Shown one piece after another: positions 29,807 through 38,894 of a stretch of DNA of 64,000 bases. The stretch comes from a virus. Both the position numbers and the translations under genes were made by a program. How positions within the stretch are numbered: the first letter of the stretch is position 1; each line of letters begins with the position of its first letter. Where the stretch lies: the IMG/VR virus record IMGVR_UViG_3300028394_002659. The stretch is one strand, 5' to 3'. The notes below the pieces were generated by a model that was given only the letters and a program-made list of their open reading frames with translations, did not search any database and was not told the origin of the DNA.

Positions 29807-30817
29807 ATGACATATTCAAGTGCAGGACTAATACAAGCGGCAGACTATAATGGTTTTGTTGGACCCACTGCCAGTGGCGGCACAGCCGGGGCCAACTTAA
29901 ATGACATCTGGGGAGTTGGCGCCACCGACAAAGGTTGGGGACAAACAGCAGTGGCAAATCCCTCAGCCGCCAGTACAGTCACAGCTACACAATGGGCCAG
30001 CCTGGTCAACAACTTGGCCACAGCAGGAACACAAACCTCAACCACACTCACCGCAAGATCAGCACCCACTTCAGGGCAAACAATTGGCATTTTGGCAGCA
30101 CTCAATGCCGACCTGACCAGTGTCACGACCAATCGTGGCAACGCCGCGGCCTCGGGAACTGAATACGGAACATTCTCGGGCACCACAAGCAAAACCACAG
30201 CCACTGGTGCAGCGCAGGCAGCCTGGACCATTACGTTTACACACACTGTGACATTTCCGACGGCTGACCAAGCACGTTATTTTTGGAATGCAGGCGGCAT
30301 TGTGCGTATCAAGTATGGCAAGAGTTCCACAGGAACCGACTCAGATCCAGATTGGAACACTTTTGCTGGACAGTGCGGCACAATCAACCTTACTGGTCGT
30401 GTGAATTCAGCGGCCCAGACCATTGCAGGTCAAAGTTACACAGGAACCACACGTCTCAGCGGCACAGGTGGAACACAAACCACTCTTGCCACCACAACAG
30501 GCTGGTACAATCTTACTGGCACTCCTGCAACCATATTCCAATTAAACAACGCAACCGCTCCGTATTCGGGAGAGTACATTCGTACCACAGCCACAGCCAC
30601 AAGTTCCACAGTGTTGACCTTGGTCACAACCTGGGTAAGTGATGGGTCATCGGGTGCAGGTACCACTGCTGATATTTCAGGCGGTACAGGAACTGCCAGT
30701 CCCTCAACCACAATTGTGGGCTCAGCACCAACTACCTTGGTCACTTACATTCCACCAAGCACAGCATCATTGACTAATACTTGGGGTACTCCGGCTATTG
30801 CCGCTTCAGTAGCCTAA
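29807..30817 (+). CDS. Thr/Ala/Gly-rich virion structural protein (fibre/collar-like)
   Basis: Extreme Thr content; IQAADYN, GWGQ, VTATQW..L, ARYFWNAGG motifs; last gene of the structural run. Confidence 0.55.
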   Translation: MTYSSAGLIQAADYNGFVGPTASGGTAGANLNDIWGVGATDKGWGQTAVANPSAASTVTATQWASLVNNLATAGTQTSTTLTARSAPTSGQTIGILAALNADLTSVTTNRGNAAASGTEYGTFSGTTSKTTATGAAQAAWTITFTHTVTFPTADQARYFWNAGGIVRIKYGKSSTGTDSDPDWNTFAGQCGTINLTGRVNSAAQTIAGQSYTGTTRLSGTGGTQTTLATTTGWYNLTGTPATIFQLNNATAPYSGEYIRTTATATSSTVLTLVTTWVSDGSSGAGTTADISGGTGTASPSTTIVGSAPTTLVTYIPPSTASLTNTWGTPAIAASVA

Positions 30818-30835
30818 TCGGTTAAACTCCTGCTC

Positions 30836-30860
30836 AAGAGGTAGACTTCTACCTCTTTTT
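30836..30860 (+). terminator. Rho-independent terminator
   Basis: aagaggtag-actt-ctacctctt 9-bp stem followed by a T run. Confidence 0.8.
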
Positions 30861-30870
30861 CTTGTATAAT
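30842..30870 (+). promoter_or_regulatory. Sigma70-type promoter TAGACT-17-TATAAT overlapping the terminator
   Basis: -35 at 30842-30847, -10 at 30865-30870, ATG at 30877. Confidence 0.55.
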
Positions 30871-30876
30871 AAATCT

Positions 30877-31185
30877 ATGGAAACTGAAAAACTTGTGGCC
30901 CATGCACGGGCTAGATTCGATCACGCCACCGCTAGGCGCACCCTAAAAGAAAAATACGAGGCCCGAATGTTGTTTGCCCATGCAGGCGGAATGTGGCGTG
31001 CCGGACCTGAACTGCAATGTGTGTTGTTGGCCTGTGCCCAGGACAAGGATGTTGTGTTACTGGACCTATACGAAACTCCGGTAAAAGTAAATGTTCCCGA
31101 ATTGTTTGCTCTATCACATGCTCGCTGGCAAGAGCAAATGAATGCCTGGCGGGTAGAACATGAAAATCTCAACCGTAACCGATGA
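30877..31185 (+). CDS. Hypothetical protein (possible fibre-assembly factor), first gene of the tailoring cluster
   Basis: ORF; start moved to ATG 30877 behind the promoter; ATGA-coupled to the next gene. Confidence 0.6.
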   Translation: METEKLVAHARARFDHATARRTLKEKYEARMLFAHAGGMWRAGPELQCVLLACAQDKDVVLLDLYETPVKVNVPELFALSHARWQEQMNAWRVEHENLNRNR

Positions 31186-31988
31186 CCACAGGCGCACTGA
31201 TATTTGCTTTTGACAATGAATCGACCGACTACGTTGCTATGGCTGAGTGGAGTGCTAGAAACATTCGTAGGCACCTCAACATACCTACCGCCGTGGTCAC
31301 TGATACCCGGCCCGAGGATCCGCGACTTCGGGGCTTTGATCAAGTCATCAGCGCCGCACCTGAATCGGGAGGAACACGTTGGTTTGAGGATTATCAGGCA
31401 ACTGTTACGTGGCACAACGCAGGTAGAACTGATGCCTATACTCTTTCTCCTTGGGATCAAACCCTAGTACTGGACGCTGACTATGTGGTGGCCAGTGATC
31501 AGTTAAAGATCTTACTCGATAGCAATCAAGAGTTCTTGGCACATGATCATGCTTATGACATTACTGGAGTTGATAATTTTGTAGGATTAAATCACTACGG
31601 TGAATACAATATGCCCATGTCATGGGCCACAGTAATGATGTTTCGGAAGAGCACTCATGCTCAATTGATATTTGACTGCATGCGAATGATTCGAGCCAAC
31701 TGGCGGCACTATAAAGATCTGTATCGAATCGCCAGTTCTACCTATCGCAATGATCATGCACTAAGCATAGCACTCAATATTGTAAATGGACAAACATTGG
31801 AATATAAAAGTGTGCCTTGGGATCTAGCCAGTGTCACCCCTGAACATACTGTGACTAGAACCAGCAAAGATTGCTACAGAATAGATTATATAGACCAACA
31901 CAAGCGCCCACGTTGGACCACCGTACGCAATCAAGACTTTCATGCCATGGGTAAACAACATTTGGAGAAAATAATTGAAACCTGTTGA
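31182..31988 (+). CDS. GT-A fold nucleotide-sugar transferase-like protein
   Basis: N-terminal GALIFAF..DYV.MA, LSPWDQTLVLDADY (DxD), WATVMMF, RND.ALSIA. Confidence 0.6.
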   Translation: MTTGALIFAFDNESTDYVAMAEWSARNIRRHLNIPTAVVTDTRPEDPRLRGFDQVISAAPESGGTRWFEDYQATVTWHNAGRTDAYTLSPWDQTLVLDADYVVASDQLKILLDSNQEFLAHDHAYDITGVDNFVGLNHYGEYNMPMSWATVMMFRKSTHAQLIFDCMRMIRANWRHYKDLYRIASSTYRNDHALSIALNIVNGQTLEYKSVPWDLASVTPEHTVTRTSKDCYRIDYIDQHKRPRWTTVRNQDFHAMGKQHLEKIIETC

Positions 31989-32760
31989 GGAAAAAGGCTA
32001 CCTAATAGTAGCAACTAATACTCAAGACACAGACTATGTGAATTGCAGTGAAACTCTGGCCAAGACCATCAAGTACTGGCACCCTGATGCAAAAATTTGT
32101 TTGTTGACCAATGAAGACCGTGAGCCTGATCATTTGTTCGATTACGTTCGCAAGTTTCCGTTTCCCATTGATACGGCTAACCCTTATGCCAATGACTGGC
32201 AAGTGTTCAACGCTACACCATTCCGTGAAACAATCAAACTAGAGGCAGACATGTTGATCACCAGCCCTGTTGATCACTGGTGGACCATGTTACGTCATCG
32301 TGATGTAGTGGTATCAACAGGCTGTAGAGACTGGAAAGATCAGCGAGCCAAGTCTAGACACTATCGTCAAGTGTTTGATGCCAACCATTTGCCAGATGTT
32401 TACAATGCAATTACCTACTGGCGCTTGAGTAAAACAGCACAGGAGTTCTTTGTGACTGTACGCAACATATTTGAAAACTGGCCGCAGTATCGTGCCATGT
32501 TAAAATTTCCCGAACAGTCACCGTCGACGGATGTGGTATATGCCATTGCGGCCATGATCCAGGGACCTGAAACATGTACCATGCCTTTTGCCAGTTACCC
32601 CACTATCATACACATGAAACGTCATATTATTGCCGCCAAGCGAGATCCTTGGGTGGACGAATTGATTTGTGAATACCGCGATTATGAACTGCGAGTAAAC
32701 ACTGTCGTGCAACGTGGTGCATTTCATTACAACGTTAAGAATTGGCACCATGAACGCTGA
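31975..32760 (+). CDS. GT-A fold nucleotide-sugar transferase-like protein, paralog of 31182-31988
   Basis: GYLIVA..DYV.C, TPFRETIKLEADM (ExD), PDVYNAITY, STDVVYAIA. Confidence 0.55.
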   Translation: MKPVEEKGYLIVATNTQDTDYVNCSETLAKTIKYWHPDAKICLLTNEDREPDHLFDYVRKFPFPIDTANPYANDWQVFNATPFRETIKLEADMLITSPVDHWWTMLRHRDVVVSTGCRDWKDQRAKSRHYRQVFDANHLPDVYNAITYWRLSKTAQEFFVTVRNIFENWPQYRAMLKFPEQSPSTDVVYAIAAMIQGPETCTMPFASYPTIIHMKRHIIAAKRDPWVDELICEYRDYELRVNTVVQRGAFHYNVKNWHHER

Positions 32761-33082
32761 AGAATTCTGGGCAATCTTGCATGCCATGCCTGAACCACAA
32801 TCAGTGTCATGGCGCTTGTACCACGACGAATCAGGTGAGCCAATAACCTACAGCATGGAAGATTTACCTGGTACATACATTGATGTTGATGCTGAAACTT
32901 ATGCTCGGGCACCCATGAATGTTCGAGTGCAAGCGGGTCAACTGATTGAATTAAAATCTGCTGTGCGCAGACTTACACCTACAGATACAGGAACTGCTTG
33001 CCATCCCGACAACGTGGCCATAGTAGTGCCTGCAACAGAGCCTTACCAAAGATGGAGTATGAAAACACATGAATCCTATTGA
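32750..33082 (+). CDS. Hypothetical protein
   Basis: ORF; likely ATG at 32750 (MNAEEFW...), overlaps both neighbours. Confidence 0.6.
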   Translation: MNAEEFWAILHAMPEPQSVSWRLYHDESGEPITYSMEDLPGTYIDVDAETYARAPMNVRVQAGQLIELKSAVRRLTPTDTGTACHPDNVAIVVPATEPYQRWSMKTHESY

Positions 33083-33995
33083 CATTGCAGACCTAGACTG
33101 CATCTACCTATCATATGACGAACCCGAAAAAGAACAATATTGGATCCGAATTAAAAACATGGTGCCTTGGGCCCGTAGGGTCGATGGTGTACTGGGAAGC
33201 GATGCGGCACACAAAGCCGCGGCCCTGGCAAGTGACACCGAAAGATTTATCCTTGTGGATGGAGACAATATCCCCGATCCGGCGTTTTTTAATCAAACAC
33301 TTGATTTTGCCACATCAGACCATGAGCGGGCTGTGTTCCGGTGGCGGGCTCGTAATCATGTGAACGGACTCATGTATGGCAATGGTGGCCTGAGTTCATG
33401 GACTCGAGAACATGTGATGAACATGCGCACACACGAGAATACAGACGGACGCGATGAAACTGTGGTAGAGTTTTGTTTTGATCCCTTGTACTGGGCCATG
33501 CATGACTGCTACAGCACAACTTATCCCAACCAAAGCCCATTCCATGCCTGGCGTGCCGGCTTTCGTGAAGGTGTAAAGATGTGTTTGAATCAAGGTTCCA
33601 AACCCACTATACAAGACTTCAAACAACGTGTGCATCAACGCAACCTAGATAATTTGACTATTTGGCACAACGTGGGTGCAGATGTGGAAAATGGCATGTG
33701 GTGCATTGCAGGAAGTCGTATGGGCACATATATGACCATGCTGACCAATGTGGATTACATAATGGTACAGGACTTTGAACGACTACGTGAACTGTGGGAC
33801 ACAGTAAAGGATAGTGATCCGCGCTTGCTGGCCAACCGTGTGGCAGAAGAATTAGGGACCACACTAGACCTGCCCTTGGCCATGCTGGAAGCAGAACAAA
33901 GCCAATTCTTCAAGCATCACTATCGATCAAACTTTACAAACCGTGGCATCATGACTAGAGAAATAGACATTATTCGTCAACAAGAGGGCTGGTAA
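33069..33995 (+). CDS. GT-A-like glycosyltransferase-family protein
   Basis: DCIYLSYDEP..RVDGV.GSDAAHKAAA..TERFILVDGDN (DxD); RARNHVNGLMYGNGG; AWRAGFREGVK. Confidence 0.55.
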   Translation: MNPIDIADLDCIYLSYDEPEKEQYWIRIKNMVPWARRVDGVLGSDAAHKAAALASDTERFILVDGDNIPDPAFFNQTLDFATSDHERAVFRWRARNHVNGLMYGNGGLSSWTREHVMNMRTHENTDGRDETVVEFCFDPLYWAMHDCYSTTYPNQSPFHAWRAGFREGVKMCLNQGSKPTIQDFKQRVHQRNLDNLTIWHNVGADVENGMWCIAGSRMGTYMTMLTNVDYIMVQDFERLRELWDTVKDSDPRLLANRVAEELGTTLDLPLAMLEAEQSQFFKHHYRSNFTNRGIMTREIDIIRQQEGW

Positions 33996-35374
33996 TGGAT
34001 AACAAGAGTGTGTTCATGGGCTCAGCAGAGCAAATGAAAGACAAACTGGGTCCTGCACTATGTTTGGCCAAATGGAAACAAGTCAGCCTGCACTTGCCTA
34101 CAGGACTCAACAATTCCTGCTACCATCCACCGCTACATGCCATAGACCCCGAAGCAGTCAAACTCAATCCCAGTGCTCTACACAATACCGAGCACAAAAA
34201 ACAACAGAGACAAATAATGTTGCGCAATGAGCGGCCACAAGAATGCTCCTATTGCTGGAACATGGAAGATCGGGGCAAATTGAGTGATCGACACTATCGT
34301 TCGGGCGAACCCTGGGCCGCCATGGACTTTGAACAAATAAAAAATTCGACAGGAGCCGAAGATGATATTATCCCTAGTTATGTTGAAGTTAATTTTAATC
34401 ACGCTTGCAATCTCAAGTGTAGTTATTGTAGTCCTCAATTTAGTAGCAGTTGGCACGATGAAGCACAGAGAATGGGGCCTTATGCTACCAGTACTCCGCA
34501 CAACAGTCTGGACCATTTTACCGGGAATAGGCGCATTATTCCTGCCCGAGAGCATAACCCTTATGTAGAAGCATTTTGGGCCTGGTGGCCCCAACTATAT
34601 CCCACACTGGAACACTTTAGAATGACCGGTGGTGAACCGCTAATGGACAAGAACACATACAGAGTGTTTGACCATGTGATTGAAAATCCGTCAAAGAAAC
34701 TGCACTTGAACGTTACATCAAACTTCTCAGTAGATGAAGTGTTGTTTCAAAAGTATCTGACCGCTGTCAAAACCATTTGTGATGGCCGCATAGAACATTT
34801 CATGCAGTATGTGAGTTTAGATGGCTGGGGTGCTCAAGCAGAGTACATGCGACACGGTATGACGTTTGATCTAGTGTGGTCACGTGTGGATCAATACTTG
34901 ACTCAAGTGCCCTCCTACAACAGTCTAACGTTTATTATCACAATGAACAATCTGTCAGTGAGCAGTCTGCAACAACTGCTGGAGGGCATACTGGAACTAC
35001 GTCGGAAACATAGCACAACATATCAGCGTGTGTGGTTTGATACACCTGTGCTTAGACAGCCTGCCTGGCAAAGCCTACAGACCTTGCCTGAATCATATGC
35101 ACAGCGACTAGAAAGTGTTCGAGACTGGATGAGTCAAAATTTAATCACAGACACCAATCCCTATCACGGATTCAAAGACTATGAAGTGGCACGCCTGGAT
35201 AGAGACATTGCCTGGATGCGTAGTGCGCAGGCACAAGATCATTCTGTGGCTCGTGCAGATTTTTATCGTTTCTTTGCGGAACATGATTGCCGCCGAGGCA
35301 CAGACTTCTTGGCAACATTTCCTGAAATGCGTGCCTGGTGGGCCGAATGTGAGTATCATGCCAAAAACACATAA
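33995..35374 (+). CDS. Radical SAM protein with N-terminal Twitch/SPASM-like domain (#1)
   Basis: CNLKCSYC, TGGEP; N-terminal CLAKW..SCYHPP..ECSYC. Confidence 0.9.
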   Translation: MDNKSVFMGSAEQMKDKLGPALCLAKWKQVSLHLPTGLNNSCYHPPLHAIDPEAVKLNPSALHNTEHKKQQRQIMLRNERPQECSYCWNMEDRGKLSDRHYRSGEPWAAMDFEQIKNSTGAEDDIIPSYVEVNFNHACNLKCSYCSPQFSSSWHDEAQRMGPYATSTPHNSLDHFTGNRRIIPAREHNPYVEAFWAWWPQLYPTLEHFRMTGGEPLMDKNTYRVFDHVIENPSKKLHLNVTSNFSVDEVLFQKYLTAVKTICDGRIEHFMQYVSLDGWGAQAEYMRHGMTFDLVWSRVDQYLTQVPSYNSLTFIITMNNLSVSSLQQLLEGILELRRKHSTTYQRVWFDTPVLRQPAWQSLQTLPESYAQRLESVRDWMSQNLITDTNPYHGFKDYEVARLDRDIAWMRSAQAQDHSVARADFYRFFAEHDCRRGTDFLATFPEMRAWWAECEYHAKNT

Positions 35375-36476
35375 ACTCATATGCGATACTTTCTGTGAAA
35401 TATATCCACAGATAGCACAGTTTTGTGACAATACATTTTGGGATTTTGATCAGCATGAGCCGCAAGCAGGCTCTGTCACAGTGATAAGTCGTCAAGCATT
35501 CAATCAGCACCATGTGAAGATTAAAGAATTGGCCAGTACTGGTTTCTTTTATCCTGTGTTGGCCAACCCTACAGAAGGATCTAGTACATTGAAACATCAA
35601 TGTGAACGCCTGGGTCTAATAGATTTATTAAAACAGAACAAAATGGCCCTGGTAGGCTGTGGTGACATGGAATCTGACCTACCGCACTTGTTCTACGACA
35701 GTTATTTGTGCAAACCATATGAGTACAAAGAAAATCGTGATCAATGTGCCAGAGTAGATGAAATATATGCCAAACTACATAAACCCTACAAGTTCTTGTT
35801 TTTAAATGGCCGCACACGCCCGCACAGAAAATACATGATTGAAAGTCTGCGTACATTGTTAGATCAGGCATTGTGGACCAATCTAGACATTGCACCAGTG
35901 TACCATCACACATACCAAACTGATCTGTTGTCCAGACCTTCAAAAATACAGTTGTTGCCCGCAAAATATGAAGTTGACCAATTTCGTGTGGGCTTGGATA
36001 TGGCACACCAAAACTCCTTTGTCAAGGCAGAATTATTTAATGACCATTGGGGAGAAATCTACATACAGGCTGAACCTTATGTTGATACCTATTTTAGTTT
36101 GGTAACAGAAACAGTATGCGATTATCCATACAGTTTGCGCAGTGAAAAGATATACAAACCCATTGCCATGGGCCATCCCTGGATAGCAGTGGCCAATTGT
36201 GGTTTTTATCGGGACTTAAAAAAACAAGGATTCCAAACCTACAGTCATCTAATAGACGAATCATTTGATCTAATGGACAACAATCAAGACAGACTAGATA
36301 GAATTGTAGCGGTGGTACAAGATCTATGTCAACAAGACCTGGCAAAATTCCTGGTTGCGGCGGAACAAATAAGTAAGTATAATCAACAGCATATGGCCGA
36401 CCTTGGCCCTAAAATTCGCGCTGAATTCCCCCAGCAGTTCCTGGACTTTGTGGACCGCACATTCAACCTCAAATGA
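35358..36476 (+). CDS. GT-B/GT10-like glycosyltransferase-family protein (#1)
   Basis: FLFLNGRTRPHR, YFSLVTET..SEKIYKPIAMGHPW, GFQTY..IDESFD; start at ATG 35358. Confidence 0.55.
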   Translation: MPKTHKLICDTFCEIYPQIAQFCDNTFWDFDQHEPQAGSVTVISRQAFNQHHVKIKELASTGFFYPVLANPTEGSSTLKHQCERLGLIDLLKQNKMALVGCGDMESDLPHLFYDSYLCKPYEYKENRDQCARVDEIYAKLHKPYKFLFLNGRTRPHRKYMIESLRTLLDQALWTNLDIAPVYHHTYQTDLLSRPSKIQLLPAKYEVDQFRVGLDMAHQNSFVKAELFNDHWGEIYIQAEPYVDTYFSLVTETVCDYPYSLRSEKIYKPIAMGHPWIAVANCGFYRDLKKQGFQTYSHLIDESFDLMDNNQDRLDRIVAVVQDLCQQDLAKFLVAAEQISKYNQQHMADLGPKIRAEFPQQFLDFVDRTFNLK

Positions 36477-37570
36477 TCACAAGTATAATTAATTCCTTTC
36501 CTGAACAATGGGTTTATGGCAGTTACGAACAGTCAATACTTCGCGGTATTCAGCAACAGATTGATCAGACTTTCCCCACGCAACGCAATCTGCTGTTCAA
36601 TACCACCTGGCGCTTGCCGCCCAGCGAGGATGCGGAACTGCAACAAATACTCACAGCAGGAGAACAGTTTGACAACTTGTTTGTGGTGTCCACTGTGGAT
36701 TACTTTTCACAGCATCACGAACCAGTGGTACTGGAACTAATCCAACGCCTGGCGATCAAACACACATACTTCCTGGGCAACTTTGACACCCCCAGCCCCA
36801 TCTGGGCGCCTGCAGACAGCACAACCATTTACTTTAACTTTTTTGCTATTGTGTGCAGAGATCATTTTGAAATATATCAAACACAAGAATTAGTATTGAC
36901 TGATCCCAAGTACTTGTTTATCAGTTACAATCGCAAACCTTACCCACATAGATTGGCATTTGTAAAAAAGTTAATCGAACACAATCTAAAGGATCTTGGA
37001 GTAGTGACCCTGGGAAGATCTTTCGACGGGGATACAGGGCCGGACAAGGATCTTTATTTCTCCATTGGAGAGAAAAATCAGGACTATGTAAAATACGGAC
37101 ACTGGTACCCTGAAAGCTCAGCCGCTACCCCACACGACATCCCACACGACCTTTTTAGTTTGCACAATATGCATTATTGGCAACATCATTTCTTGCACAT
37201 AGTAGGTGGCACCAGTAACAATCCTCGAAATCAATTTATAAATCAAATTGATTTTAAACCCATTATTGGCCTGCGACCTTTCTTGATCAACGGACAAACA
37301 CAACATTACGAATTCTGGGAACACAATGGATTTCGTATGTTTGATCATTATTTTCCGGGACTGAAACTTCGTCCTGATCCCACAATAGATCCCAATGACA
37401 CACTACACACTGCATTGATTGCGGCAATAAAACAACTGAGTACAGCCAGCCCAACTGAACTACTAGATATGTACAACCGCATGCTACCGGACTTGTTGCA
37501 TAATAGACAACGTTGGTATGAATGGGCTGATGAACAAAACCACATAGTTAGTAACTTATTCAATGAATGA
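36473..37570 (+). CDS. GT-B/GT10-like protein (#2, divergent motif)
   Basis: FISYNRKPYPHR, DFKPIIGLRPFLING, GFRMFD, LLHNR; lacks ET/SEK. Confidence 0.5.
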   Translation: MITSIINSFPEQWVYGSYEQSILRGIQQQIDQTFPTQRNLLFNTTWRLPPSEDAELQQILTAGEQFDNLFVVSTVDYFSQHHEPVVLELIQRLAIKHTYFLGNFDTPSPIWAPADSTTIYFNFFAIVCRDHFEIYQTQELVLTDPKYLFISYNRKPYPHRLAFVKKLIEHNLKDLGVVTLGRSFDGDTGPDKDLYFSIGEKNQDYVKYGHWYPESSAATPHDIPHDLFSLHNMHYWQHHFLHIVGGTSNNPRNQFINQIDFKPIIGLRPFLINGQTQHYEFWEHNGFRMFDHYFPGLKLRPDPTIDPNDTLHTALIAAIKQLSTASPTELLDMYNRMLPDLLHNRQRWYEWADEQNHIVSNLFNE

Positions 37571-38894
37571 TCTAGAATTTAAACACACAGTATTAGACCC
37601 TCTCTCAGCCAGTTTCTGTGCGGCGAAATGGTACAACGCAACCATTTGGTTAGGATCAGGGCAGACTACCAGTTGCCATCACCCGCCAGCCCATTTGGTG
37701 GACCCGGATCGAGTACGTTCCAACCCTAGGCTACTGCACAACACTGATCAAAAGAAAGAGGATCGTCGTAAAATGCTTGCGGGCGAACGTCCTGCAGGTT
37801 GTGAGTATTGTTGGAAGATCGAAGACATGGGATTGGACGCTGTGTCAGACCGTGTGTACAAAAGTAAGATATACCCCATAGAGGCCTTGAATGAAGCATT
37901 TAATACTGCACCCGATACCGACGTCAATCTCCGCACACTGGAAATTGCTTTTGATCGTACTTGTCAGTTTGCTTGCTCCTATTGTAATCCTGCTTTTAGC
38001 ACAACTTGGGTCAAGGACATACGTACAAATGGACCCTACAATGATCTTGTCAGTGACGGTCGCAACCACTTTACTCATACTCACGATAATGCACAACTGT
38101 TTAGGATCACAGAGGCTAATCCTTATATTGACGCATTTTTTGCTTGGTGGGAAACAGATCTACATCATACCCTTCAGGAACTTAGAATTACCGGAGGAGA
38201 GCCCCTTATGTCTGCCCATACCTGGCGACTCATTGATTGGTTTCGAGATAATCAGGGCAAGAGTAGCACACGCTTGGCTATCAATAGTAATCTGGGCACC
38301 GAAGTTGACATTGATCGATTACTTGCCAGTACACATGGCATGGCCATCGACTTATACACAAGCAATGAGGCAATCTCCACTCAAGCAGAGTATATACGTG
38401 ACGGCCTGATCTGGGACGACTGGGCCAACAATGTAGAACGCTTGTTAGATTCGGGGCAGTTCCGGGGCATACACGTTATGTGTACCATTAATGCACTGTG
38501 CCTGAGCACACTGGATCAGTTGTTAGAGTGCATAATGAATTGGAAAATGGAATACGGAAAGGATGCTATAAGTTTCACACTAAATATCTTACGCTTTCCG
38601 TCATTTCAATCACCATTGATTCTACCCGACGCCCAGCGCCAAGTATATAGACAACGCTTGGTCACATGGCTGGCGCATTGGTCTGACAGTGACGTCATAC
38701 ACGAACACGAAGTCAATCACACACAACGATTAATAGATTACTTGGATGTGGTCAAGACCCCGCATTCAGAAGCATTTGATCGCCCCAAACTATTAAATGA
38801 TTTTCGACAGTTTTATTCACAGTATGATCAACGTAGATCAAAAGACTTTGACACAGCATTTCCCGAATTAAAAGAATGGTACAACGCATTATGA
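37563..38894 (+). CDS. N-terminal-Twitch radical SAM protein (#2)
   Basis: CQFACSYC, TGGEP; FCAAKW..SCHHPP..GCEYC. Confidence 0.9.
   Translation: MNDLEFKHTVLDPLSASFCAAKWYNATIWLGSGQTTSCHHPPAHLVDPDRVRSNPRLLHNTDQKKEDRRKMLAGERPAGCEYCWKIEDMGLDAVSDRVYKSKIYPIEALNEAFNTAPDTDVNLRTLEIAFDRTCQFACSYCNPAFSTTWVKDIRTNGPYNDLVSDGRNHFTHTHDNAQLFRITEANPYIDAFFAWWETDLHHTLQELRITGGEPLMSAHTWRLIDWFRDNQGKSSTRLAINSNLGTEVDIDRLLASTHGMAIDLYTSNEAISTQAEYIRDGLIWDDWANNVERLLDSGQFRGIHVMCTINALCLSTLDQLLECIMNWKMEYGKDAISFTLNILRFPSFQSPLILPDAQRQVYRQRLVTWLAHWSDSDVIHEHEVNHTQRLIDYLDVVKTPHSEAFDRPKLLNDFRQFYSQYDQRRSKDFDTAFPELKEWYNAL

Noticed and set aside
35181-35357. Long N-terminal extension of GT-like #1 from the ORF track
   Set aside because: It would overlap rSAM #1 by ~190 bp; ATG 35358 gives the usual short overlap. 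Similar trimming was applied at 30862, 32714, 54530, 63400 and 63937.
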